A DNA stretch of 64,000 bases from Candidatus Woesebacteria bacterium (GTDB lineage Bacteria; Patescibacteriota; Microgenomatia; UBA1400; UBA1396), in the NCBI GenBank assembly GCA_963749595.1, contig CAVVNJ010000003.1:89532-153531 (forward strand), in the 5' to 3' direction. Below are positions 9,649 through 19,335 of the stretch, one piece after another. A model generated the notes under the pieces. It saw only the letters and a program-made list of their open reading frames with translations. It made no database searches and was not told the origin of the DNA. Position numbers and translations under genes: made by a program. How positions within the stretch are numbered: position 1 is the stretch's first letter; every line of letters starts with the position of its first letter.

Positions 9649-10604
9649 TGGATTGTGATCTTATGCCCAGAAATAACCCGGAACGACTATCATCAGCTGA
9701 ACAGGCTATTGAGCAAGAAACGTTGCGGATCATTCGCGATCACCTGCCGACGGTCTATTCAATAAGTCTCAAGCGCAAGCCTGAGCTTTGTTGCCTTGAT
9801 GACGAGAAAGAAGTCGATCAGCATATTCGCTATTTTTTTTCCTGCGCCGATCAAGTAATTGGCAGAGTTGGACAAGAATTAGAGTTGCCTAAATCGGTTA
9901 TTAATGAGTTTAAGCTGGATTTTCGTAAACTCTATACCGTGGCTTCAATCGAGTCGCATCTTAAAGCTATCGAACTCGGTCGCGCTAAGGCGTTGCGAAT
10001 GGCCGGCGGTGACGAAAACGGAATTCTGGCGATGTCGACCCCAAGTAATTCCGGCCGGTTGATGAAAGACAGCGCAAAACTGGCTTTTACCACCAACCCT
10101 TACGAGAGATTTGGGCGGAAGATTAAAGTCATTTTATTGACCGACGATGCTTCGCACTCCGGGGCACATTTGGTGAACAAGCTTTGGAATATTCGTGATG
10201 ATTGGCCATATACGCCGATTGTGGTAGCGGTAGGGACAATTACCAAGCGAGCTCTGGAGCGTTTTTCTGATTCACCGGAAACTAATTGGGGAAGCGGCAG
10301 TCTCCGACCGATTGATGCGCTGGTTTATTCTGAACTGAGACTTTCTCTCCGGGACATGTTTGAACAAATCCCCAGTTTATCTAAGCGCCAACAAATGTAC
10401 AGCTTGGCGGAAAAATTTTTCGCTTCGCAAAATCAGCTTTTGCGCCGGGGCCTTAAAGCAACCCATCTCATTACGCCCTTTAAATTACCGGATTTTGTTT
10501 CTAATGGCGAGTTGGCCCAAATTCTGCTGAACGGGGAAAAAGTGTGTTTCACCATGAGGGCGGTGGAGACTCTTCCCGACTCACTTTATCCTCGAGTTTT
10601 GTAG
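9648..10604 (+). CDS. Array paralog 8/24 (short subtype, 318 aa)
   Basis: The ATG overlaps the TAA of copy 7 by 1 nt (TAATG). QETLRIIRDHLPTVYS; HIRYFF; FRKLYTVASIESH; LTDDASHSGAHL (H replaces Q); IVVAVGTITKRA; ATHLITPFKLPDFVSNG; ends LYPRVL-stop. Confidence 0.88.
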   Translation: MDCDLMPRNNPERLSSAEQAIEQETLRIIRDHLPTVYSISLKRKPELCCLDDEKEVDQHIRYFFSCADQVIGRVGQELELPKSVINEFKLDFRKLYTVASIESHLKAIELGRAKALRMAGGDENGILAMSTPSNSGRLMKDSAKLAFTTNPYERFGRKIKVILLTDDASHSGAHLVNKLWNIRDDWPYTPIVVAVGTITKRALERFSDSPETNWGSGSLRPIDALVYSELRLSLRDMFEQIPSLSKRQQMYSLAEKFFASQNQLLRRGLKATHLITPFKLPDFVSNGELAQILLNGEKVCFTMRAVETLPDSLYPRVL

Positions 10605-10610
10605 GTCGTT

Positions 10611-11615
10611 ATGAAGTTAAAAGAACAATTTCGTCATTTAGAAACTAAGCTTCCCTCTGCTTTGGAGCTTGAGACTCGACGGATCATTGCTGACCATCTA
10701 CCGACGATTTATGCCTCGGAATATTATGTTGGCGCTGCGGTGGATCCTAGATCAGATCAACAAATTCCCAATTTTGGCGAAGTGGCTTATCTTCCGGAGC
10801 GCCGGGATTTTCCACCAGTGATGGTCGAAGCCTATTTGCGTTTCTTTTTTTCTCAAGTCAACCGCGCCGTGGAGTATTCCGGACAACGAATTAATATTTC
10901 CAGCGAGGCGCGCGATCATTTTAAGCTTTTACTGCGGAAGCTTTACACCGTGGTCTCCACTGAGCAGCAAATAAAAGCAGTAGAGGCTGGGACGCAAGCA
11001 GCGCTTAAAGTTGCCGGAAATAATCCCAGGAGAGTTGTTTTTTGGCGGGTCGATAGCGATTCGGGTAAATTATTCGAGCGCAGCACCGGCCTGGCTTTAT
11101 TTTTTGCCTCAGCTCAAGAAACCCGTCCTTGTCCGAAAGCGCTCCTAATCATCGATGATGTTTCCCATTCCGGTTCGCAACTGGTGAGCACGATTCATTC
11201 CGCTCAGATAAAATTTCCCAAAGTTCCGTTGGTTATCTCTCTTGGTGCCATTACGGCTCGGGCTGAGATTTTGGTTAATGCCGTGCTCAGAAAACAAGAC
11301 AAGTTGATTTTTCAAGAGAAAAAACTGAATACGGAAGAGCTAATCGAATCCGTTAAGTCCGCACCAATGCGAAAGCAGTTGACACAACTAGCCGGGGCCT
11401 ATTTTCGGGATCAGTGTTCGCTCAGGGATCCGGCTGCATTTGTCAATTATTTACCCGGGTATTTTCAGGCAACGCACATCGTTACTCCGTTCAAGTTGCC
11501 AGACTTGGTCTCGAACGGATTTTTGAGTAAGGTTCTTTTTAATGGCACCACTACCTATTTTGATTTAACCAGTGAGCCTGCCAGGAGAAATAAGCTGTAT
11601 CCCACCGTGCTCTAG
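10611..11615 (+). CDS. Array paralog 9/24 (EYY-insert subtype, 334 aa)
   Basis: LETRRIIADHLPTIYASEYYVGAAVDP...YLPERRDFPP; YLRFFF; LRKLYTVVSTEQQ; IIDDVSHSGSQL; LVISLGAITARA; ATHIVTPFKLPDLVSNG; ends LYPTVL-stop. Confidence 0.9.
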   Translation: MKLKEQFRHLETKLPSALELETRRIIADHLPTIYASEYYVGAAVDPRSDQQIPNFGEVAYLPERRDFPPVMVEAYLRFFFSQVNRAVEYSGQRINISSEARDHFKLLLRKLYTVVSTEQQIKAVEAGTQAALKVAGNNPRRVVFWRVDSDSGKLFERSTGLALFFASAQETRPCPKALLIIDDVSHSGSQLVSTIHSAQIKFPKVPLVISLGAITARAEILVNAVLRKQDKLIFQEKKLNTEELIESVKSAPMRKQLTQLAGAYFRDQCSLRDPAAFVNYLPGYFQATHIVTPFKLPDLVSNGFLSKVLFNGTTTYFDLTSEPARRNKLYPTVL

Positions 11616-11631
11616 TATTGATAGCTTATTA

Positions 11632-11660
11632 TTGAATAATAATTAATTATGAGATATAAT
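11632..11660 (+). promoter_or_regulatory. Internal array promoter TTGAAT-N17-TATAAT, 8 nt upstream of the ATG at 11669
   Basis: TTGAAT at 11632-11637, 17-nt spacer, TATAAT at 11655-11660. It lies in an AT-rich 53-nt gap between copies 9 and 10. Confidence 0.6.
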
Positions 11661-11668
11661 TTCACGCT

Positions 11669-12673
11669 ATGAATCACGCGGAAAGATTAGAATCGCCGGA
11701 AGTTGGTTGGTCCGCGGCAATAGAGGCGGAAACTAAGCGCATCATTCGCGAGCACCTGCCCACGATTTATGCGACGGAATATTATGATGGCGATCAAGTT
11801 GACACTACTTCAAATCTCCATATTTGTTATGGCAAGAGATACCTCCCTAAGCGCCGTTCGGTTCCGGAGAAAAAGGTGGAGCAGCATCTCCGCGACTTTT
11901 TCTCTCTGGCGGATTGCTCTATTGAACTGGTTGCTATCAGTTTAGGGTTGAGCCAAGAGGTTGCGAGTAAGTTCAAGGTACTGTTTCGAAAACTCTATAC
12001 CGTGGTTTCAGTCGAGCTCCATATTAGGACAGTTGAAGTGGGACTGGCAGCGGCGGTTGAGCTGGCGGGCGGCAAAATCGATCAGGTGGGTCTTCTTTCA
12101 GTTTCCAGTTATTCCGGAGAGCTTTTTGAACGCAGCCTGTTTTCGTTGAAACCCTTGGATCCGGCCCAGGCATCAATGAGCAATCTGCCGCTAAAGGCAA
12201 TCTTAATTGCAGATGACGCGGCCCACTCCGGATTGCAGATGGCCGGCCGTGTCCGAACGGCTAAGAAATTGTATCCCAAGATCCCCGTTGTCGTTTCGGT
12301 TGGCGCAATGACCGCTCGGGCGAAAAAAACTATTTCGGCTGAGATGGGCAAAAAAGACAAATTGTTGTTTCAAGACGAGCGATTGTCGATGTCAGAATTA
12401 ATTGGTCAGGTGAGCTCTGCAGAGAAGCGCCAACAAATAAACCAACTTGCAAGGGGTTATTTTGCCTCCCAGAGTATAATTACCAGCCCTGAAATCAGGG
12501 ATTTCTTTATTGACGAATGTTTGCGAGCGACCCACATTGTGACGCCGTTCAAGCTGCCGGATTCCACCTCCAATGGTTATCTGAACTCGATATTAATTGA
12601 TGGTGTCAGCAATTACTTCAGTCTGTCTGTCCAACCTTCCTTTCTCAATATGCTCTATCCCGGTAGAATCTAG
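11669..12673 (+). CDS. Array paralog 10/24 (EYY-insert subtype, 334 aa)
   Basis: AETKRIIREHLPTIYATEYYDGDQVD...YLPKRRSVPE; HLRDFF; FRKLYTVVSVELH; IADDAAHSGLQM; VVVSVGAMTARA; ATHIVTPFKLPDSTSNG; ends LYPGRI-stop. Confidence 0.9.
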   Translation: MNHAERLESPEVGWSAAIEAETKRIIREHLPTIYATEYYDGDQVDTTSNLHICYGKRYLPKRRSVPEKKVEQHLRDFFSLADCSIELVAISLGLSQEVASKFKVLFRKLYTVVSVELHIRTVEVGLAAAVELAGGKIDQVGLLSVSSYSGELFERSLFSLKPLDPAQASMSNLPLKAILIADDAAHSGLQMAGRVRTAKKLYPKIPVVVSVGAMTARAKKTISAEMGKKDKLLFQDERLSMSELIGQVSSAEKRQQINQLARGYFASQSIITSPEIRDFFIDECLRATHIVTPFKLPDSTSNGYLNSILIDGVSNYFSLSVQPSFLNMLYPGRI

Positions 12674-12682
12674 GAGACCGAC

Positions 12683-13642
12683 ATGGCAAAAAAAGAAATC
12701 TTTAGCTCGCCTGAAATAACGGCCATCGAAGAAGAAACCCAGCGGGTAATTGCCGACCATCTGCCGACTATTTATGCGGCGATCTACTACAACGGCCGAG
12801 TGGTGGCCCCTGGCACGAATTTGGAAATTGACAAGATCAATCGAAAATTCATACCCAAGTATTTGCCAGTGAATGCGGAGCAGGTTGAGTCACACATTCG
12901 TGATTTTTTTGCCAAGGCGGACTCAATGGTCGATCTCTATGGTGCACAGCTTAAGATTAGTCAGGCCGCCGTTGATCGATTTAAGGTGTTATTTCGTCAG
13001 CTGTATACGGTGGTTCCCACCGACCTGCACATTGCGGCGGTAGAAGATGGCTATGCAGCGGCTATGAAGATAGCCGGGAGCGATGAACAAATTGGCTACT
13101 TCACTGGATATCATCGATCTGGTCGGCTATTGACGCTAGGCGCCAATCCGAGCGCAGAAGATGAATCTAAGTTTGACCTGGCTAAAGTTAAAGCAGTCCT
13201 ATTAATTGATGATGTGGCTCACTCCGGATGGCAAATGGCTGGTATGATTGCTCGGGCCGAAAAAAAATACCCTGGTACACCGATTATCGTTTCGCTGGCG
13301 GCAGTTACTAGCCGGGCTGAATTATGTCTCGGACATGAGTGCGGCTCGCAAACCTACCGCTTGATGTATCAGCGGCGGGTGCTCAGCTTATCTGAGCTGA
13401 TTGACCAAATTAAATCATACAAATTGCAACAGGAACTGCTGACTTTAGCGCGCGAATTTTTTGCCCAGCAAGGAATTTTGCACCAGGAGGGATTGTCAGC
13501 CACCCACATCATTACTGCCTATAAAATGCCAGATGGAACCTCAAATGGGACATTGGGGAAATTAGAATTTCCTGGTTTGAGCGCGCGTTTTGCTATGGAT
13601 ACGCTTGATGAGCGCGATAGTCTCTACCCCTCTTCGCTTTAG
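12683..13642 (+). CDS. Array paralog 11/24 (EYY-insert subtype, 319 aa)
   Basis: EETQRVIADHLPTIYAAIYYNGRVVAP...YLPVNAEQ; HIRDFF; FRQLYTVVPTDLH; LIDDVAHSGWQM; IIVSLAAVTSRA; ATHIITAYKMPDGTSNG; ends LYPSSL-stop. Confidence 0.9.
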   Translation: MAKKEIFSSPEITAIEEETQRVIADHLPTIYAAIYYNGRVVAPGTNLEIDKINRKFIPKYLPVNAEQVESHIRDFFAKADSMVDLYGAQLKISQAAVDRFKVLFRQLYTVVPTDLHIAAVEDGYAAAMKIAGSDEQIGYFTGYHRSGRLLTLGANPSAEDESKFDLAKVKAVLLIDDVAHSGWQMAGMIARAEKKYPGTPIIVSLAAVTSRAELCLGHECGSQTYRLMYQRRVLSLSELIDQIKSYKLQQELLTLAREFFAQQGILHQEGLSATHIITAYKMPDGTSNGTLGKLEFPGLSARFAMDTLDERDSLYPSSL

Positions 13643-13663
13643 TAGATCACCAAGTCTAATAAC

Positions 13664-13692
13664 TTGATTTCTTGCTGTTATAAGTCTATAAT
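13664..13692 (+). promoter_or_regulatory. Internal array promoter TTGATT-N17-TATAAT, 8 nt upstream of the ATG at 13701
   Basis: TTGATT at 13664-13669, 17-nt spacer, TATAAT at 13687-13692, in the 58-nt gap between copies 11 and 12. Confidence 0.6.
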
Positions 13693-13700
13693 ATCCGCCC

Positions 13701-14636
13701 ATGGCAAAAAAAGAGTCCATTTTATCACCAGAAATTTTCATCAACGCGGCTATTGAAAAAGAAACTTGCCGGGTAATTTCCGAACATCTACCTACTATTT
13801 ACTCTGTCAAAGTGACAATTCAAGACGGCAAAAATGAGCTGGAACTATTTAGCCCTCGAGAAGTTGAGCGGCACATCAGGCATTTTTTTGCTGTATCCGA
13901 CAAGGTAATCGAAAGCTGCGCGCGTGGGCTTAATGTCAAAAAAAATACTCTTCAAACCTTCCAGTTATTTTTCCGCCGGTTGTATACCGTAACCACAATC
14001 GAGTCTCAAATCAGTGCCGTCGAACAGGGAATTGAATTGGCCCGGCAAATGGCTGGAGGTGAAGAGTCTGGAATTCTCCATCGTCACAGTGGCGGTGAGT
14101 CGGGCCGGCTATTTACTCGAACGGCGCGGTTAACCTCTCCTACCGATCTATCTCAGCAGAAATCACCAAAAGTAATTTTATTCACCGATGACGCTGCTCA
14201 TTCTGGTGAGCAAATGCGGATAAACACTATAATTACCAAAGATTTTTTTCCTAAGGTTCCGATCATCATTTCGGTGGGGGCGATCAGCGATCGGGCGCAA
14301 GCAACTATTCGTCGTGGTCTTAGTTCAAAGGATTGCTTAATTTTTCAGGAAGTAAAACCTTGCTTGAAGACCATGATTGACGAACTGCCTGTAGAGGAAA
14401 TGCGACAAGAAATGATGGCGTTTGCGAATTGTTTTTTTGCCAATCATATGAAAAATGCGAATAGCATGGAGAGCGGTTTGTTGTCCACACACATTGTTAC
14501 CCCGTTCAAATTGCCGGATTTGACCTCAAATGGACGTTTGGGCTCAATCCGCTCTTTGTTCTCCAAAAAAGAGGTATATTTCACTATGCGTTCCGCTGAT
14601 TCGATGCGAGATCGCTGTTACCCACAAGTGTTATGA
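13701..14636 (+). CDS. Array paralog 12/24 (short subtype, 311 aa)
   Basis: EKETCRVISEHLPTIYS; HIRHFF; FRRLYTVTTIESQ; FTDDAAHSGEQM; IIISVGAISDRA; STHIVTPFKLPDLTSNG; ends CYPQVL-stop. Confidence 0.9.
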   Translation: MAKKESILSPEIFINAAIEKETCRVISEHLPTIYSVKVTIQDGKNELELFSPREVERHIRHFFAVSDKVIESCARGLNVKKNTLQTFQLFFRRLYTVTTIESQISAVEQGIELARQMAGGEESGILHRHSGGESGRLFTRTARLTSPTDLSQQKSPKVILFTDDAAHSGEQMRINTIITKDFFPKVPIIISVGAISDRAQATIRRGLSSKDCLIFQEVKPCLKTMIDELPVEEMRQEMMAFANCFFANHMKNANSMESGLLSTHIVTPFKLPDLTSNGRLGSIRSLFSKKEVYFTMRSADSMRDRCYPQVL

Positions 14637-15565
14637 CCAAACTAGAAATTAGATCGGCGGAAAATTCAGTTAACTTGTTGATCGAACAAGAAACGCAGCG
14701 GGTAATCGCCGATCACCTGCCAACCATCTATTCCGTAAAGCAAACCCTAAGTAAGGACATTAAAACCTACAAGTTTTATTCTCCTGAAGAAGTAGAGACT
14801 CACATTCGCGAGTTTTTTGCCGCGATTGATGAGGCGATTGAAACTTGTGGCCGGCAACGTCGGGCCAAGAAAAAGACGGTACAAACTCTACAATTATTTC
14901 TTCGTCGGCTATATACCGTGGCCTCGATTGAGTCGCACATCAGGGCAGCGGAACAAGGTTTGAAAGCCGCTTTAGCCATTGCCGGTGGCCGGGAGGAACT
15001 AATTCTTCAGCGGCATGGTGAGGGTCAGTCTGGTCGTCTTTTTATCCGCACCCTACACTTGCTTACAACCGGAGATTTATCCGCCAATTCTTTCCCTAGG
15101 GTAATTTTATTTGTCGATGATGTGGCTCATTCCGGTTATCAAATGTGGACCAATGTCCATCTTATCCGAGATGCCTACCCCACTCTTCCCGTGGTGGTTT
15201 CGGTGGGGACGATCACTGATCGGGCCTTAACTAATATTCGCCTCGGTCTAAGCGGAAATGATCAATTGTTATTCCAAGAAAAAAAACCTTGTATTGAAAC
15301 GATGGTCAGTGAGATTCAATCCCCTGCCCTGCGCCAGGAATTAACGGCGCTGGCGGCTGAGTTCTTCACTCAACGCATGTCGAACTCTGATTTTGATACG
15401 ACCGGCCGATTATCTACTCACATCACCACACCCTTCAAATTGCCGGATGAAACCTCAAACGGGCGCCTCGCCTCAATCTTTTCCGATCGGTTGAATAAAA
15501 GGGTCTACTTTAATTTACGTCCCGTCGATTCACAGCGCGACCGTTATTACCCCAACGTATTATGA
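14633..15565 (+). CDS. Array paralog 13/24 (short subtype, 310 aa)
   Basis: ATGA overlap with copy 12. EQETQRVIADHLPTIYS; HIREFF; LRRLYTVASIESH; FVDDVAHSGYQM; VVVSVGTITDRA; STHITTPFKLPDETSNG; ends YYPNVL-stop. By eye, copy 12 is its closest relative. Confidence 0.9.
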   Translation: MTKLEIRSAENSVNLLIEQETQRVIADHLPTIYSVKQTLSKDIKTYKFYSPEEVETHIREFFAAIDEAIETCGRQRRAKKKTVQTLQLFLRRLYTVASIESHIRAAEQGLKAALAIAGGREELILQRHGEGQSGRLFIRTLHLLTTGDLSANSFPRVILFVDDVAHSGYQMWTNVHLIRDAYPTLPVVVSVGTITDRALTNIRLGLSGNDQLLFQEKKPCIETMVSEIQSPALRQELTALAAEFFTQRMSNSDFDTTGRLSTHITTPFKLPDETSNGRLASIFSDRLNKRVYFNLRPVDSQRDRYYPNVL

Positions 15566-16491
15566 CCAGACGCAAGATTGAATTCGCCGAAAGATTGCCG
15601 ACTTCTACCATTGAGCGTGAAACTCAACGCGTAGTCGATGAACATTTGCCGACAGTGTTTGCGACGCAAAAATTTTTCAGCGAAACGTTGGGCCAACCCT
15701 ATCCGCCGGAAAAAGTGATTGTTCATATTCGAAAATATTTTTCTTTAGTTGACCGGTGTATTGACGAGGCCGCCGAACCCTTAAATTCGCCTCCGGAAAT
15801 TAAGAATGACTTTAAGTTATTATTCCGCCAGCTTTACACCGTCGCTTCGATCGAGTCTCACTTGGCGGCAATCGAGCGCGGTCGGGAGGAAGTGTTAAAA
15901 ATTACCAAAGGAAAACCGGAAAACATACGCTTCCGTCCGTTCGATTCTCAGTCGGGAAAATTGTTCCGTACGAGCGTGGGTCTGTTGTCCCAGCCGATCC
16001 GTGTAGATTCCTGGGAGAGCTATCATCCTGATGTGGAGGCGGTCTTGATTGCCGATGATGTAACCCATTCTGGTGTCCAACTCTGGTCCACCATTATGGT
16101 AGCACGAGCGCAATTTCCTCAGGCCAAGATCGTGGCCTCGGTCGGTGTGGCTACCAGTCGGGCTCTGGATTATCTTCAGGAATTTCTCAATCCTAAGGTT
16201 GGTGCCAGGGTGATTTATCAGCGGAAAGCACTGTGTCTCAGTGAATTAATTAAACAATGTCCGCTGGAGAAACGTGAACCCCTGCGCAAGCTGGCCCGCA
16301 ATTATTTTCGGTTGCAGCTGGAAGATGTCGCTGGCTGTCTGAGAGCCACGCATATCATTACTCCCTTCAAGATGCCGGATAGTGTTTCTAACGGTCCCTT
16401 GAGCTCAGTAGTCTATCAGGGAAAACGACTCCCTTTTGCCATGGAATATATTGATTCCCAGCGTGATCGGCAATATCCGGCAGCGCTGTGA
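15562..16491 (+). CDS. Array paralog 14/24 (short subtype, 309 aa)
   Basis: ATGA overlap with copy 13. ERETQRVVDEHLPTVFA; HIRKYF; FRQLYTVASIESH; IADDVTHSGVQL; IVASVGVATSRA; ATHIITPFKMPDSVSNG; ends QYPAAL-stop. Confidence 0.9.
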   Translation: MTRRKIEFAERLPTSTIERETQRVVDEHLPTVFATQKFFSETLGQPYPPEKVIVHIRKYFSLVDRCIDEAAEPLNSPPEIKNDFKLLFRQLYTVASIESHLAAIERGREEVLKITKGKPENIRFRPFDSQSGKLFRTSVGLLSQPIRVDSWESYHPDVEAVLIADDVTHSGVQLWSTIMVARAQFPQAKIVASVGVATSRALDYLQEFLNPKVGARVIYQRKALCLSELIKQCPLEKREPLRKLARNYFRLQLEDVAGCLRATHIITPFKMPDSVSNGPLSSVVYQGKRLPFAMEYIDSQRDRQYPAAL

Positions 16492-16500
16492 TCACCAGAC

Positions 16501-16529
16501 TTGAAAAATATCATGTTATAAGATAAAAT
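16501..16529 (+). promoter_or_regulatory. Internal array promoter TTGAAA-N17-TAAAAT, 9 nt upstream of the ATG at 16539
   Basis: TTGAAA at 16501-16506, 17-nt spacer, TAAAAT at 16524-16529, in the 47-nt gap between copies 14 and 15. Confidence 0.6.
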
Positions 16530-16538
16530 CTTGGACCT

Positions 16539-17498
16539 ATGTCAAGGTCACTGGAAAAAGCCAGTCGCAAGGTTCAGCAGGAAACCCAACGGGTGATCAC
16601 CGATCATTTGCCGACGATTTTTGCGACCGCCTTTTTTCAAAGTCCCGAGGTTGATCTCAATTCAAAGCAGGAAATTGCTATCAGCTTGGGAAAGCAGTAT
16701 CTTCCGGTTCGCCGACCTATTCCTCCCGAGGAGGTGGCGAATCATATCAAGGTTTTTTTTGCCAAGGCGGACGAGGTCATTGAACAAATCGGCCGGGGCC
16801 AGAAGCTTAGACCAAGCTCGGTGGATAAATTTAAGTTGCTCTTTCGAAAACTTTATACTGTCGCCTCAATTGAGTCTCACGTTGCCGCCATCGAGTCTGG
16901 CCGCGCGGTGGCAATTAATTTGGCCGGCGGTGACGAGGCAGCGGTATTATGCCCTCATCGGGACCGACGATCAGCCGAGTTATTTGAACGAAGTGCCAGA
17001 TTGGCCTTTACGGAGGATCCCTACGAATCTAAACAAAAGCCTCAGCACCGCGTGGTCCTTTTGATCGATGATGTGGCTCACTCCGGCGATCAAATTACTG
17101 CTCATCTTCACGGCGCTCACTTGAATCATCCTGGATTGCCGGTAGTAATTTCATTGGGCACCGTCACTGACCGGGCAATGGCGAGGTTGCGCGAAGAGAT
17201 GGAGTCCCATGACGTTCTAATTTTCCAAGAGAAAAAACTTTCCTTAGCGGAAATGATCGACCAAATCAAATCTCCTTCTGTACGAAAAGAGTTAAGAATG
17301 CTGGCCGAAGATTTTTTTGATCGTCACACCCTGATGCTTGATGGCATTAACGCAACGCATATTATCACCAGCTTCAAACTCCCTGACGGGGTATCGAACG
17401 GTTGTTTGGGAACGCTTTCGATTCAGGGAATTTGCCATCATTTTTCTGTTAAGCCAGTTGAGCCTTCCAGAGACCGCCTGTATCCGGAGGTGATATGA
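16539..17498 (+). CDS. Array paralog 15/24 (EYY-like insert subtype, 319 aa)
   Basis: QETQRVITDHLPTIFATAFFQSPEVD...YLPVRRPIPP; HIKVFF; FRKLYTVASIESH; LIDDVAHSGDQI; VVISLGTVTDRA; ATHIITSFKLPDGVSNG; ends LYPEVI-stop. Confidence 0.9.
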   Translation: MSRSLEKASRKVQQETQRVITDHLPTIFATAFFQSPEVDLNSKQEIAISLGKQYLPVRRPIPPEEVANHIKVFFAKADEVIEQIGRGQKLRPSSVDKFKLLFRKLYTVASIESHVAAIESGRAVAINLAGGDEAAVLCPHRDRRSAELFERSARLAFTEDPYESKQKPQHRVVLLIDDVAHSGDQITAHLHGAHLNHPGLPVVISLGTVTDRAMARLREEMESHDVLIFQEKKLSLAEMIDQIKSPSVRKELRMLAEDFFDRHTLMLDGINATHIITSFKLPDGVSNGCLGTLSIQGICHHFSVKPVEPSRDRLYPEVI

Positions 17499-18409
17499 GT
17501 ATGACCAAAGTCGAGTTCAGTCCAACGGAAAATATCAGCGCGGCTATTCAACGCGAAACCAAGCGAGTAATCGACGACCATTTGCCGACAATTTATTCGG
17601 TTGATATTGCCGAAGAAAACGAACTCTATTCTCAGGAGGAGGTTGCTCGTCACATTCAAGAATATTTTTCTGTGGCTGATACAGCAATTCAGGCCGCAGG
17701 TAATGATCTTCAGATTCATATTCATTCGATTGAGTTATTTAAATTACTTTTCCGCAAGCTACATACGGTTGTTTCAATCGAATCACATCTGGCTGCGATC
17801 AGCCAAGGTTGGGCAGTGGCAACTCAGTTGGCCGGTGGTCACGCGGAAGATGTCTTGCTCTGCAGTAAGAGTATTCGAAAATCGGCCCAGCTTTTTCAAA
17901 ATAGCGCCAAACTTGGTATGGGGCGAGAATCATTGTATCCAAGTCACAATCATTACCAAGTACTGCTGATGATTGACGATGTCTCCCACTCCGGTGAACA
18001 GATGTCCGATGCCTTATATGGTGCCAAAATAGCATACCCCAAGTTGAAAATTGTTATTTCTTTGGGCGCAGTTACCAGGCGAGCCTTATCCCAAATCCAA
18101 AATAATCAGGAGTCCGGCGACAAAGTTATTTATCAGGAAAAAAAGTTGGCGCTTGATGAAATGATTGCCCAGATAAAATCAGCCTCGACTAGGAATGAAC
18201 TGGAGCGATTAGCTGAAGTATTTCTTCTCCGTCATACTTACGCTGTTGCGGCGGCGATGACAGCTACCCACATCATTACCCCTTTTAAAATGCCGGATGG
18301 AGTTTCCAATGGTCTGTTGAGTGGGTTGAAGATTAACGGTATTTTCCACAGTTTTGCTATGAAAGAAGTTTATGCCCTAAGAGATCGTCTATATCCCGAG
18401 GTACTTTAA
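17495..18409 (+). CDS. Array paralog 16/24 (short subtype, 304 aa)
   Basis: ATGA overlap with copy 15. QRETKRVIDDHLPTIYS; HIQEYF; FRKLHTVVSIESH; MIDDVSHSGEQM; IVISLGAVTRRA; ATHIITPFKMPDGVSNG; ends LYPEVL-stop. Confidence 0.9.
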   Translation: MSMTKVEFSPTENISAAIQRETKRVIDDHLPTIYSVDIAEENELYSQEEVARHIQEYFSVADTAIQAAGNDLQIHIHSIELFKLLFRKLHTVVSIESHLAAISQGWAVATQLAGGHAEDVLLCSKSIRKSAQLFQNSAKLGMGRESLYPSHNHYQVLLMIDDVSHSGEQMSDALYGAKIAYPKLKIVISLGAVTRRALSQIQNNQESGDKVIYQEKKLALDEMIAQIKSASTRNELERLAEVFLLRHTYAVAAAMTATHIITPFKMPDGVSNGLLSGLKINGIFHSFAMKEVYALRDRLYPEVL

Positions 18410-18411
18410 AT

Positions 18412-19335
18412 ATGAAGAAACTTGAAACCAGATCAGCGGAAAGAATAGCCAATTTTGAACTGGAGTTGGAAACCCGGCGGGTAATTGCCGATCATCTGCC
18501 GACGTTGTACGCGGTATTCGGTAAACATCCAGCCAAGAACGGCGAGCCGATAAATCCTGAGATCGCGGAAATGTGGTTGCGGTCATTCTTCCAGCTAGTT
18601 GACGAAACCATTGAGCGAGCCGGAAAAAAAGTGGACTCCAACCGACCAACGATCAATCAATTTAAAATATTCTACCGCCGGCTTTATACGGTGGCTCCAA
18701 TCAAGGCGCAGATTGCCGCTCTGGAGGATGGAAAGACGGCGGCCATCAAAATGGCCGGATCTGAAGACCGAGTGCGTTTTTATATGGTGGATAGTAGTTC
18801 CGGCCGTTTTTTTGCCAAAAATGCCGCCCTGATTATGAGCGATCCAGCGGTGTTCACCTATGGTCCGGTCAAGGAAACCGGGGCGCTGTTAATTGTGGAT
18901 GATGCGGCTCATTCCGGAATACAACTGGCTTGTGTGATCAGTGACGCTCTTCAGAAATATCCAGGGGTGCCGGTCGTGGCTTCCGTCGGTGTCATCACGC
19001 GCCGCGCTGAGTCTGCGCTGCACAATCGGTACCCTTCCCAGGCGAAAATAATTTATCAGCAGCGAGCTTTGGATTTGTCCGAGATGATTGGACAGGTCAA
19101 GTCCCTGGTCAGGCAGGCAGACTTGCGAATTTTGGCAGAGGAATTTTTCCGTTCTCAGGGTTGTTCGGTCGTTGTCGGCATGAGACTGACGCACATTATT
19201 ACGCCATTTAAAATGCCGGATGGCATTTCCAACGGAGGTTTAAATATCATCCGGCATCATAATAAAACGCTCAGATTTGACTTAGAAAACTATGATCTCA
19301 ACGATCGGGACGGATGTTATCCGGATTCGTTATGA
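18412..19335 (+). CDS. Array paralog 17/24 (short subtype, 307 aa)
   Basis: ELETRRVIADHLPTLYA; WLRSFF; YRRLYTVAPIKAQ; IVDDAAHSGIQL; VVASVGVITRRA; LTHIITPFKMPDGISNG; ends CYPDSL-stop. Confidence 0.9.
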   Translation: MKKLETRSAERIANFELELETRRVIADHLPTLYAVFGKHPAKNGEPINPEIAEMWLRSFFQLVDETIERAGKKVDSNRPTINQFKIFYRRLYTVAPIKAQIAALEDGKTAAIKMAGSEDRVRFYMVDSSSGRFFAKNAALIMSDPAVFTYGPVKETGALLIVDDAAHSGIQLACVISDALQKYPGVPVVASVGVITRRAESALHNRYPSQAKIIYQQRALDLSEMIGQVKSLVRQADLRILAEEFFRSQGCSVVVGMRLTHIITPFKMPDGISNGGLNIIRHHNKTLRFDLENYDLNDRDGCYPDSL